From Trichodelitschia bisporula (Eukaryota): DNA of 64,000 nucleotides. Below are positions 13,938 through 26,232 of the stretch, one piece after another. The stretch spans positions 558,001-622,000 of the forward strand of contig ML996705.1 of the NCBI GenBank assembly GCA_010356995.1, given 5' to 3'. Below the pieces are notes generated by a model. That model saw only the letters and a list, made by a program, of their open reading frames with translations, was not told the origin of the DNA and did not search any database. How positions within the stretch are numbered: the first letter of the stretch is position 1; every line of letters begins with the position of its first letter. Position numbers and translations under genes: made by a program.

Positions 13938-16900
13938 ATGCAGGTGAGTGCGAGTACCCTTCCCTGCACATTCAAACAAGCCCACACCCCTCCCCCTCCG
14001 CGCTCCGTCCTCCGTAACTACACCACTCAAACTCCTTACTCCGCAATCCAACCCCTCTCTCTTCCATATACCCCCACACACACCTACTACCTATAATTCA
14101 ACGCCTCCGAAGTGAGCGAAACCCGGCCTTTCGCATGCTAACAGAACCGTCTCGCCGACAGGCCTCCCAACGAGCGCGAGAGCTGGAGCGGGTGTACCAG
14201 GCACGACGCGGCCATGCCCCCAAGATATCCATCAGCGACGATAACCACCACGTCACAGAAGCCATCGGCGACATGTATGGCAGCGATGAGTTCACGTCCA
14301 ACCGCAACTCTCGTCCCTTGAGCTTTTTGCCTTCGCCGCTCGGAGATACATTTGACACGGTCGAAAAGAGCGCAGCCTATTACGAGCCGACAACCCGTTC
14401 TAGTCCACTGGCGTCATCATCATCGTCACGGTCCAACTTCTTGGAAGCACCGTCGAGTGAGAGGAGACCACCACCCAGTGAGCGAATAACGACGGCAATC
14501 ACGCCGCCCAAACCTGGTATAGCACGTAGCGAGTCTGGCGGCAACCTCAACGGACAATCGCACAATGGCTCGTTGTCGCCGCCGCAGGCCCAGTCGCCGG
14601 GCCAGCGGTCACCGCCCGAGACCGCCGGAAAGTCATTCCCGCTGCCCGATATCGATTACGAGTCGAACCCCGCTGCCGTGGCACAGGAGTTGAGTAACCT
14701 GCAGGCCATCCGCCGCATGTCCATGGACGTTCACGCCTCCGATCCCGACCTGCCAAGCTTTGGCTCGAGCTGGGGTGTACCGCCCGTCGCGCCCAGCCCC
14801 GACGCCGACGAAGAGGACCCCTCTCGTCTCTTCTGGGTGCCCGCGCGCTTACACCCGGAGCTGGCGCCCGTCGAATTCAAGACTTTTATTCAGGATCGGG
14901 CCAAGACCATCAAACGGTCGAGTTTGAGCGATGATGCGCTGTCGCCGAATAGCACACAGAGCGGGAGCTTGCGTCGGAAGAAGTCGATGCTCTCGCGACA
15001 AGTCAACGACGGCACCGGCTACGAGGACGGCGCCGAGCGGTTAGAGCGCAAAAGGTCGGGCCACGCTGGGCCGGATCGGACAGCTATAAGCTTGCACCAA
15101 CTGGAAAACCTGGTCAACGACCCCTCGGGCATAGCGCGACGGATGAGCATCGACTCGCCGCGGCCATCAATGGATTCCGGGTCCGACGCTTCGGCCAACG
15201 AGGACGTCCCTATACTGCCGCCGAAACCGGCTGGGTCGACGCTCAAGCGCTCGACGCGGACAACATACCGACGGGGTAGTCTGAAGAAGGGCGAGCGGGT
15301 ACCATATTCGCGGCGCGCTGCGCTGCGAAATGCCGCCGAAGCGGACGAGGAGTCGGGTGGTCCACCCCAGCTGCCTGCGCTACCCGACCTTGAGCAGCTC
15401 GAAGGCGCATTCGGGCTCACGAGAGTTCAGACCGACCCGCTCCCCCAACCGCGGGCCGTGGAGAACTTTTCTAGACCAGGAAGGAGGGCGCGCACGCCCC
15501 CGATGCCGCACTCTGAGTTTGACCGCCCTGAATCGCCGTCATCACCACCGCCCGATGAGCGCGCAGTGTCTCCCCCTCATTCACACTATGTGAATTCTAA
15601 ATCTTCACCCTCTCTGCCTGTACCAACGATTATCGAAACACCACCTCCAGCTAGCGACCACTCCCGTGCGCACTCTTTGCCTACGATTCAGCACCCCGAG
15701 CGGACTTCATCTCACCCCGAGCGGAGTTCCTCAATCGACCCGCATCAGCCCCCTTCACAGCCTCCGACAGGCCCGCTTCCAAGCAGACCGGCGCGGCCGC
15801 CACTCACGCGGCCCGGCACGCTAGAAAAGCAGCACCGCCAGCCATCTGTCAAGAGCTCCAGCTCGACCGCGACGCTTGATGACATGGCTTCTCACCCATC
15901 CCCTCTGCCGGTAAGCGGCATGAGGACTGATTCCTTATCCATTATTCCTACGTACACCGAAGAAAAGAAGGGTGATCGCAAGTCAAAAGAGAAGAAGGAC
16001 GAGTCATCAGGACGCAAGACGAGTTGGGGCTGGCTACGGGGCAACGAAGACAAGGAGAAGGAGAAGGACCAGTCAAAGAAGAAGGACAAGCGGGACCGCC
16101 TCCAGAAGCCTACGGAGAAGCAACCGCAGCATCACGATAACACCCGCCTCGACGTGTTGCAGTCGTCGATTGACGGTAATCCCGGACGCAGCCGTGAGAG
16201 CGTCGTACTTGATCGCCGAGAAGTGCAGCTGGAAGTCGAATTCGACAAGCGCCCCGTGCGCAAGGCGTCGCACGAGGGCCGCAAGGAGAAGGAAGAGAAG
16301 GGCCTATTCTCGAGCCTCTTCGGCGGCAGCAAGAAGTCGCGCGACCGCGACTCGCACTCGAAGAAGTCGGGCTCGTCGCTCCGCGGCGTGTCGCCAGACC
16401 CGGGCCCGGCGAAGCGCCTTCGGCCCGACGTCGACTACAACTGGAGCCGTTTCAGCATCTTCGAGGAGCGGGCTATTTACCGCCTTGCCCACATCAAACT
16501 CGCCAACCCGCGCCGCGAACTCTACTCCCAGGTCCTGCTCTCGAACTTCATGTACTCCTACCTCGCCAAAGTGCAGCAAATGCACCCGCAAATCCAGATG
16601 CCACAGAGCGCAGCTCAAAAGAGCGCTGCACGTCAGGCCCAGCAGCAGCAACAAAATGGCCGTTCCCGCTCCGACTCTTCCGCCTCCCAGTCTTCTCAGT
16701 CCTCCCAGCAGCCCGCCCAACAGTCGGAGGAGTTCGCACAGTACCAGCGCTACCAAGAGGTGGGTGAATAAGGCCGCCGCTTTCGTATAAGACTAACAGT
16801 ACCAAGCAGCAGGCGCGGCTTGATTCGTCGGGTGACGCGGCGGGACCGGGGGTGGATGAGGACGAGGAGAGGGGAGGCAGACCGGAGGACCGGTATGCGG

Positions 16901-16986
16901 CTGGAGGCCGGAATGGCGATGCGTATACAGTGAGCAGTAGTGCGGCGCTGGTGGGCGGGGCGGGCGGGTATGGCCGCGGAGCGTAG
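13938..16986 (+). CDS. ZDS1: Zds1-like PP2A regulator / telomere silencing protein; 3 exons
   Basis: LFWVPARLHPELAPVEFK and Zds_C motif RFSIFEERAIYRLAHIKLANPRRELYSQVLLSNFMYSYL. Micro first exon ATGCAG (13938-13943), intron 13944-14161, intron 16760 to about 16809, stop TAG at 16984-16986. Confidence 0.9.
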
Positions 16987-17361
16987 GCCGGTGGGGTGTC
17001 TTTGCTTTTTAGGGTTGATGCGCGGCGCTGGCTGGGAAAGACTTGGGTGGACTGGAATGGGACTTTCGCGTGAGTTCGCTTCTGAGGCGAGGCGGGGGCG
17101 CCGTGGGCGTTTTTCTTTTTTCGAGGTGTGGCCCTGTGTGTGTCGTGCGTGGGGCGGATGAGATACGTAACGATGGATGGATGGGATCCTGATGATGAGG
17201 GTGTTTATATACGCGGGACGAGCGACGGTCCTGGGTAATGGCGTCGATATGTGCGCTTTTGGGTTTTGTCTATTGATGCCGCAAGATGCGCCTCCATGCC
17301 CCCTCTAAAACGCCTATCAGACACATCCACATCCATCCAACCCGTCAAAAAACCCCCCCCC

Positions 17362-19293
17362 CTAACCCCCCAACGCCCTCCTCCACACCACCGCCGCCGC
17401 CGCACCCGCACAAACAACAGCCCCCAACGCAATCCACCCCCCAAGCCCCTCCCTCTCCTCCCCCTCCCCCTTCGGCCTCGCCTGCGCAGGGAACATAGCA
17501 CACTCCGCTAGATGCACAAACACCTCCCCAATACTCCCCCACCGCGCACTCACATGCATGGGCACCGCGTATCCCTCCCCCTGCGCCCACTCATCCGGCT
17601 GCATCTCCGCGCGCTGCATCGCCTTGTCCGCATCCGCTTTGGTCGCTACGAAAACCGCGGGACAAGACGCTAGCGCCGGGTACCGGGACCGGAGATCCAG
17701 GATGCGCGACCAGGAACTGGGGTCCGAGGAGTCGTAGCAGAAACAGAGCAGGTCGGCGGCTGTGATGCGTTGGGTGTGGGCTAGGATGGCGGGTTCTTCA
17801 GACCCGGGCTCGTGCAGGATTAGGTAGGCTTGCCGGCCGCCGCGGAGTTCGACGGCGTTGACGGCGGCGCGGGGTTTTATGGTTGGTGAATAGGTGGTTC
17901 GGTGTGGGCGCGCGAGGAAGGCGTCGAGCAAAGCACTCTTCCCTGACCCGGGCGCGCCGAGGACGTACGCGCTGAAGACGTGGCGATCGGTCCTAGGAGC
18001 GGGTTTTGGCGAGGGGCGGTGGGGGCGTGTGGTGCGGAGGGCGGCGGTGGGGGAGGGTTCGAAGCCGAGGTACGCGAGGTATTCGAGGGTTGTGTGGGGG
18101 GTGGTGAAGGTTGTCATGCTCCATTGCGCGAGCCAGCCTTGTAGCGTGACGTAGCCGGCTTCGTTGTGGACTGTAGTTGAGGGGAAGGAGGAGTCGACCC
18201 ATTCTGGGGGGAGGCCGGGGGTGGGGGCGAAGAGGGTTGCGAGTTCGGTGTCGTTTAATACGCCATCGCTGTCGCGGTCGTGGCGCTGGAAGAGATCGAG
18301 GAAGAATCTGTAGCCTGCGGGGGAGAGTTCGGTGGTGGAGTGCGCGGGGACGTCGTATTTTGGGTGCAGGAAGGTGGGTTTTAGGGATAAGGAATCGGTG
18401 TAGTGGAAGGAGCGCAAAAGGGCCCAGATTGTTTCGTGCCTGCCCGTTTCGGCGAAGTTTTTGTTGAGGAGCAGGAAGCCGAGCGCGGTTATGCCCGCGT
18501 CAGTGGCGCCCGCCGGGTCCAGACCCCGGATCGCGGATTTGATGGCGCTGGTTTCGGAGGTGTCGAGGGTGCGGCCGAAGGTGCGTTGCTGCAGGGCGAG
18601 GAGCTCGGTGTCGTCGAGGACGCCGTCGCGGTCGCGGTCGCAGAGGTAGAAGATGCGTTGGAGGGCGGCGACGGCGGCGGGTTTTAACGCTGCTTCTTTG
18701 GCGTCGTAGAGGGGGGATATGGGGTGTGTGACGGCTTTTTGGCACAGGTAGAAGGCTTCGTTGACGTTCCTGTGCTCCTTTGCGGAGGTGCGGATACACG
18801 TGTCTATTTCCTTCCACTCGTTCATGAGGGGGAGCATTTCGTCGTCGATGACGGAATCCGTGTCCGCCGCGGTGGAGGCATCGGATTTATTGGCGCACAG
18901 CACGACGGGCACGTTTACGCCCAGGGAGCGGAAGAAGGGCATCCAGAAGAGCCCGACGCGCTCGTAGGAGTAGTGATCTGAGTAGACGAGGAGGATTACA
19001 TTCGCTTTGCGGAGTTCTTTGCGCAGCGCGTCGCGGTCCTGGGGGAGGGCGGAGGTGTCCGCGATGGTGGTGGTTACGTTGTCCGGGGTACCGAGGGTGG
19101 CCGGGAGGGTTATGGTGGGGAGTTTGGGCTGGATTTTGGTGGTGATGAAGACGTCTTTTACGAGGCCGGTTATGAGGCTGGATTTGCCGGTGCCGTCGTC
19201 GCCGCAGACGCAGACGCGGACTGGAGGGGGTTAGTTTGATAGGGACAGAAATGGGGGGTGAGAGCGTGGGAAAGAGATTTTACCTGTAGCCAT
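17362..19293 (-). CDS. GEM1: Mitochondrial Rho GTPase (Miro); 2 exons
   Basis: Spliced start [21 protein letters not shown] (intron 19221-19283), EF-hands [10 protein letters not shown] and [10 protein letters not shown], second GTPase [12 protein letters not shown]-terminal tail anchor. Confidence 0.96.
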
Positions 19294-19889
19294 GATGGTT
19301 TGTGATGGCTTGCTGTGATTGTTGTATGCGTATTGACCCTATGCTATGAGGTATGGTTGGTGTTTATGTATGAATTTTGGCGTGACGTTTATGAGTGGCT
19401 GGGCAGGTCTATGGGCACGTGATACTAGATGTTCGGGTTCAGGCCACTCTTTGATGCTGTCTCTGGTGACTTTCTGGATAGCCTTACTTGTTCTCTTTCT
19501 GCTCGAGACCCTATGGCGTTTGCCTGGTGTTCTAGGTAGCAGCTAGATATATGATCCAGAGTCTTGACTTTAGACAGAAGGAAATCTTTCTTCCTCACAG
19601 TCACGTTGAGAGCAGATCATGTCGTCGGTTTGGATAGAGTTTGGCGGTAGACACAGAGTGGGTCTGGTGTAGCAGAAAGGAATCGGTCGCAACGTTCCCC
19701 CGGCTGACGGCCCGCACGCTGGGGCCTGCACTGACGGGCGCGCGGAGTTAGCGGTAGGAGAGTCAACACCACGTTGCTCGCCGTTTGTTAGACAAGTCTA
19801 TCCAAATCATTGACGCCCATCCGTCTCTGCTTCTCGTGTACCTTCTTTGCGACCTCCTCCCAGCCCTCTCCTCTCCCCTCCGCCCCATC

Positions 19890-22284
19890 ATGTTGTAAGT
19901 CAATCAGGTTCCCATTTCCCCAAGCCACACAACTCGCTTTCCCCCCGCACTTTCTTCCCCTTGCGCCAATCCCATCCCCGCGTCGCAGCCACAGTGCCGA
20001 GGGAGACGCAGAACTCCCGTTGAACTTGCGCGTGGGTGGCTTGGGGGGAAGGGTGGAAGATACGGCAGTGCGGACGTGCAGTATGCGCAACGTCGGCGGA
20101 AGATCACCTGTTAACTTGAGCCGATACCGTCTCTTGTCACTTCGTCCCTTCAATCTTCCCTTCGTCTCCGAGTCTTGAATGCTCAACTCATCAGCCATCT
20201 TCTCCCCCGTCCACATCCCCTACACTCACCCCACTCCAACCTCCACCCTCCAGCTGCTAACCAGCAGCGTCCTCCCCCCACCCCCAAAGTACCCCACAAT
20301 CGCCACCACGGGTCCCATACTCGAGCCCAACAACACGCTGGACCCGACCACGGGGCCAGAGCACCAGCTCTCCGTCGGCGAAGGTGCGCTTCCCACCCAC
20401 TCCCCACCACCAGCTATCTAACCCCCTCAAAGGCACCTACATCCCGCGAGACACCATCCTCCTCGCAACCCCTCCGCCTCACCCCTCCGAAACCCCCCCT
20501 CCAAACCCCAACCCGCTCGCAACAACCCCCCACCCCCCAACAAGCGGCACCAAGCTCTCCCTCGCCCGCCTACACTCCGCCCCAGTCCCGCGCCCCGAAT
20601 CCCCCCACAGCCGCACCAGCACCTCCACCGGCGACGCAAGCAACCCCTCCTCCGCCCCCCCCGCCGGTCCCGCACCCATCTTCGGGTCCGGCAACCCGCT
20701 CCTGTCGCCCACGCCCGGCGCCACCCCCGTCCCCGCCTCCAAGCGGCGCAAGCCGAAGAGCAACATCGTCAAGAGCAACTCCAGCTTCATCAGTCGCGTC
20801 ACCGTGCACGAGGGTTTAGCAAAACGCATTGCCGAGGCGGGGGCTGCGGGGGCGAGCGGGTGGGCGTTTGCGAACGTCAACCGCGCGCTGCAGTGGCTGG
20901 ACCTGGGGGCGCCTGGGCGGGCAAAGCTAGACCCGCTGGTTAAGATCCTGTTTACGCGCGCGCATGCCCTGTGCCACGACGTCAATCCCGTGACGCGCAG
21001 TGCCGGGCATCTCGATGTGGCCGTGGGCTTCAGCACAGGGGATCTCATGTGGTACGAGCCCGTGAGCGGGAAGTACAGCCGGGTGAACAAGAACGGAGTC
21101 ATCCACGCAGCGCCCGTGGCGGACGTGCGCTGGATGCCAGGGAGCGAGAACCTCTTCCTTGCGGCGCATGTAGATGGGAGTCTCGTGGTGTACGACAAGG
21201 AGAAAGAGGATGCGGTCTTTGTGCCTGAGTGTGCGGATGCGCTTACCCCGGCGCGGATCGTGGTGCGCAAGAGCGTGGGGAGTAAGAGCCAGAAGACGAA
21301 TCCGGTGGCGTGGTGGAAGGTGAGTGCGCAGCGGATTAATGCGGTTGCGTTTGCGCCGGATGGGCGGAGGGTTGCGGTTGTGAGTGAGGATGGGTGTTTG
21401 AAGATTTTGGATATGCATCGCGAAGTGTAAGTGCACTCCCATCAAGGCGTCTCCATGGTGTAGTCGGTTATCACGTCGGTCTCATACGCTGTTATGATCC
21501 GGTCGAAGACTGGAGCGATCCGAAGGCCGCGAGTTCGATTCTCGCTGGGGACATTTCTTTTTGCCCTTCCCCATCACACCCTACCTAACCCCCTGGCCCT
21601 TCAACCCTAATTAACCTTTTTTTATCCAGCCTCCTCGACGTCTTCACCTCCTACTACGGCGGCCTACTGAGCGTATGCTGGTCCCCGGACGGGCGGTACG
21701 TTATCACAGGCGGGCAAGACGACTTGGTATCCATCTGGGCCGTCGACGATGCCGCCCTCGTCGCCCGCTGTCAGGGACATAATTCGTGGGTCACGGCTGT
21801 GGCATTCGATCCCTGGCGCTGCGATGAGCGGAATTATCGTTTTGGGTCAGTGGGGGAGGATTGTAGGTTGTTGCTGTGGGATTTTAGTGTGGGGATGCTG
21901 CATCGGCCGAGGGCGGCGAGTGTGAGGAGGGCGGGTGGGGGGAGCATTGCCGGTGGGGTCGGGGCTGGGGGTGGGGTTGGGAGGGGGAGTGAGGCGCAGT
22001 TGACGCATTTGAGGAGCGGGTCTGCGGTTAGTGGGCGGAGTTTTTTGGATGGGGCGTCTGATGAGGAGGGGAGTGCGAGTGAGGAGGAACAGGAGATTGT
22101 GCATCCTGTTGAGGCGAGGGCGAGGACGGCGGTCCTTCCGCCGGTTATGGCGAAGTGTGTGGATGGGCATCCGCTTGCTTGGGTGGGGTTTGAGGAGGGG
22201 GGGGTGCTGGTTGCTTGTACGGAGGGGCATGTTAGGGGGTGGGATAGGCCGGTTGAGGGGGGAGGGGAGGGGGAGGAGGAGTGA
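19890..22284 (+). CDS. creC: Carbon catabolite repression WD40 protein CreC; 4 exons
   Basis: Spliced MFVLPPPPKYP..VGEGTY..LATPPPHPSE; KRRKPKSNIVKSNSSFISR; WD40 region SYYGGLLSVCWSPDGRYVITGGQDDLVSIW and GHNSWVTAVAFDPWRCDERNYRFGSVGED. Introns 19895-20267, 20384-20432, 21427-21629. Confidence 0.95.
21449..21553 (+). tRNA. tRNA-Met(CAT), elongator type, with 31-nt intron (21487-21517), nested in creC intron 3
   Basis: Acceptor stem GTCTCCA/TGGGGAC plus A73; A-box TGGTGTAGTCGG; anticodon arm TCGGT-CTCATA^A-TCCGA; T arm GCGAG-TTCGATT-CTCGC; followed by TTTCTTTTT. Confidence 0.92.
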
Positions 22285-24432
22285 GGGAGGGAGGGGGGTT
22301 GGAGAGTGGGGGAGAGGGGAGGTGAGGAGGGAGGATAGTGTGTGGTGTAGGATGTGGTATGGAGGCGAATGGGATGGTGCCTTGTGGCGCGGAGACGCGG
22401 GGTAAGAGTAGATTGGGAAGTTGTGCTCGATCGGGTATGGATCAGGGTCGGGGAAGCTATTTCGGGCACCGGTCAGGTGCGCCGGGAAGCGGACCGGTCG
22501 CCACGCGAGCGGGTGTCGGCACGGTATGTAGCACATAATGAAGCATGGCTTCTGGTTTGTAACTCCGAACTGGCTCGGGGTTAATCCCCTCTCCTTTGAA
22601 CGGTTGCGATCACCGGTGCGATCGCTGGTAGAGCGCGGTTGGATATTAACGCCCACACCTACGCGGACGCTGAACCGGAGCTGCGTCGCTGCCTGTGAGG
22701 ATCGACGGTGGAGTGAGAGGGGGGAAGGGGGGGTAATATATCGGCCGTTGATGCGGGGTCGTAGGGTTTGGGGGTTGTGGATGGGATCCGGGGAACGGGA
22801 GCGAGGCTGGGTCACGTGCGTGGACGTCAGGCGCGCAAGGCTGGTATTTCCCAAACAACGATCGCCCGCAACCCGCTTCTAAACATCAGATCATTCTCCT
22901 AAGCCCAGCCATGGTAGCAGATGCTGGTGATAGAGCTAGACGCCGGTTGCAGTAGTACCTTTCTGAAGTCTCAACTCTAGAAGGCGTTAGTAGAATCCCA
23001 CGACTCAAATGATGAAGATACCTCTCAGCATACTGAGCTTCGGTTAACCATCACGTTCTTATGGAGTTTCACCATCGTCGGTACGTGCCGAATATGGCAC
23101 AGGAGCCTCTGTGGAGCAGGCACTGAGTCTCCTATTTCGTATCTAGAGGGCGGACTTCGCATGTCTATTCCTTAGTCGCCCTTTCCATTTCACTACATTT
23201 GAAAAACGGAGGATGCCCAGAGAAGCGCGAGATAAAGTGTATGCCAGCCCTCCCTTACAAGCATGAGCTAAAGAACCTTCGATGTCGTCTGGGTAGAGTT
23301 GAGATCGTTGACTCCATTAACAGATCGCCGGATCAGGCTCCGGTTAGACTTGCCAATTAGGTAGTACTCATACGCGGACTCTGGGCAGCTAGTATAACCA
23401 GACTCCAGATGTGACCATCGCCTTTTTACACCCGAACTCTGCACTTCTCTCAGCTATGGTTCAGTCTCAGTAACGAAACAGCATCCCTTAGACGGGCTAA
23501 TTGCCGACAGGTAGCTTACAAGTACATCCTCGCCACCACCAACGCTACCCGCTCTCCCAACTCCGACAGCCTTTGTCAACGACACGCCCATTTCCTAGAC
23601 TCCGCAACAAGATATCCAATAACCAGGCCCCGCAAACACACCCGGAAGAGACTGAAAACGTAGCTCGCTAAATAATCCAGTAATATAGTTATGGAAGGAG
23701 CATTCACATGTAAGCCAGGGACATGATGTAATGAGTGCAAGATCGAAGGAAGGAGCAAAGGAGGACACTTGGCATCGTGCAATTAAATCTCGAGAGTCTC
23801 TTCATCTCTTCCTCTCCTCGTCTTCTACTCCAATCTTTCAGTTTACAACAGATGTTTTGCCCGTGCACGAGCTCCGCTCCCATCATCAAGTATCGATATC
23901 CTGTCCCCGCCCCATCGAACCACTTCTCCGGAACCCCGTACCCCGCACCGGGAAACAGTCTCCTTGCCCCCCTGGTCTGGGGGTTATAAACCCCGCACCC
24001 CCGAGCCTCCGCCTCCTCACGCCCCGCGGCGTTCTCCCCCTCATCCCGACTGCCCTTTCCCCAGCGTTCTTCTCCTCTCCTCCGTCCAGCTATGCTCGCC
24101 ATCCGCGCGGAGCGACGGCGAGGCGAGGCAGGCACGCCACATGTAGCCGCGCGGAAAGGCATACTGTGTTACGCAGCACACAGCGTGGCAGAGGAACATA
24201 GACAACATAGCACAGGCAAGTAGCGTAGCAATTGAACAGCCATTAATTCAGCCTAGGCACACAATGATCTAGGCACACAATGATAGACACACACACACAC
24301 TCATACATACTCACACGGGTATCCCTCTCAAACCGTACGCCCTCAAAAAACGCCATCGGAATCCATCTCGTTCTCATCCCGCTTCACTCTACTCCCTGGA
24401 TCTCTACTCCGTCACCCCTCTCCTCCCTCAAC

Positions 24433-26232
24433 CTACTCCCCCCCAACACCCACCCCCCGTCCCTCAACAACCTCCTCATAAAGCGGCAACCCGCCCTCCC
24501 CAGGCGCCCCCCCAACATCCCCACTCCTCACCGCAGTATTATAACTCGGCGTCCTAGCCAAAGCCTCCATATCATACACCCCCCCCCCAAGGAACCCGGG
24601 CACCGCAGCGATCGCCCCCGCGGGATAATGAAACGAACTCCGATTACTCGCCGCCCCGCTCCCCGGCTGCGCCCAACTCAGCGTCTGCGCCCAACTCGGC
24701 CCCGCCGCGCTCCCCCTCCTCGACGCATCGTGCGCGAACGGGGCGCTGATTCGTGCGTCGAGGGGGGGGGTCGGGGGGCCGGAGTGTGTCACGCCCGGGG
24801 GTAAAGAGGCGAGGCGCGCGTGCAGCGTGTGTGGGTTTGGATGAGGGGCGGTGAGTGTTAGGGCGGGGGGGGCGAGGGAGTCGGATACCGCGCCCACGAG
24901 GCTTGCGCCGCGGAGGTTTTCGTAAGAGGGGTTGCGGGAGAGCGCGGCGGCGGAGAAGGGCGTGTTTGCGCCGGAGAGGAAGGCGGCGGGGTCGATGTCG
25001 TCGTAGAGCGTGTCGAGGGTGTGGCGGCCGTAGGTTGGGGGGACGTCGGGCGCGGTGGAGGCGTGGGCGGGATGGTGGGGGTGAGAGAGGGTTAGAGGGG
25101 CTGTTTGGCCCATTTCGTCGACGGGGAGGGAGGGGGAGAGGAAGAGGTGCACGAGGTTGCGGATTAGGAGTTGGGAGACGTGTCCGTCTGGGTTATGGAG
25201 GTTGACGTAGATCTTCAGATTGTGGTAGATGCGGATGTGTTCGCTCTCCACGCTCTGCCGGCAGCGGTTGAGGGAGCGCTCCAGGGGGAGGGTTACCCGG
25301 AAGTGGTGTGATTCGTCGGGGAGGCCGGTTGATTCTTCGGTCATGGGGGGGAGGGGCGTGGTGCCTGTTGGCATGTCCTGCTCGGTGGCGAGGACGACGG
25401 TGTCTTTTTGGTGTTGGCGTGCGCGGTCGGTGTGTAGTGTGACGCGCTCGACGAGTTCCATGCGGATTTTGCCGATGGTGACGCCCTTGTGCAGCGGGCA
25501 GAGGGTCAGTTCGGCGGTTATGGCCGTGCCGTAGATGTAGTAGCGGGTGGGGAGGTAGATGTGGTACCAGAGCTTGTCGCGCCAGACATCCTCGTTGCTC
25601 TGCTTTTGTCAGCCTCGCGCCTTTCAAAACCCAACCGCAAGGAAAACGTACGTATGGCAGCGGCACCGTATCCGACACATCCCGCCCTAGCGTCCGAATC
25701 ACACGGACATGCTTCGTCGCCGTGAGCGTCTTACTCATATACCCCCGATCAATCTCAGCGTGCAAATCATAAACAATATACGCCCCCGGCAAGCCCTCCA
25801 AACTCTCCGGCATCGCGGGGTCAAGCGTGAACTTAAACGGCCACTCGTGGTTCCCCGGCGCAATCTTGTGCGTCGCGCCGCTGCCGCCTTCAGTCGGGTA
25901 CAGCAGGCGTTCTTCGGATATCACGCTGCCTTTATCTCGGACGGCTGCGCCGGCTGCCCCGCCTTCCACCGGCCAGGACACTTTCCACTTGCCCTCGAGC
26001 CGTATGCGCACGGCCCGCACGTTCATGTGGTCCGGGCAGTTGAGGTGTAGTGTGCCCGCGAGCGTGGCGGGCTCGGCTTCGGCGGCTTCGCCCGTGAAGA
26101 CTACGAAGGGGGTATCGAGGCTAGGGAGCGTTAGCTGTACGTCTAAAAGCAAGCGTGACGTCACGCCACTTACCGAATCTCAAACTGCTTCGGGAAGCGC
26201 GTCCTCGCGCCCCCGCTGAATACCCCCGCCAT
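24433..26232 (-). CDS. creD: CreD/Rod1-like alpha-arrestin (Rsp5/HulA adaptor); 3 exons
   Basis: Spliced MAGVFSGG..FEIRLDTPFVVFTG, arrestin fold HEWPFKFTL..PESLEGL..HVRVIRTL, PY motifs PPTYGRHTLDTLY, PSYNTAVR and LPLYEE. Introns 26121-26173 and 25600-25651. Orthology (CreD versus ApyA-type paralogue) not certain. Confidence 0.8.

Noticed and set aside
21834..22854. Minus-strand ORFs of 211 and 335 aa overlapping the creC 3' end
   Set aside because: Pro-rich translation of the G-rich creC tail and UTR.
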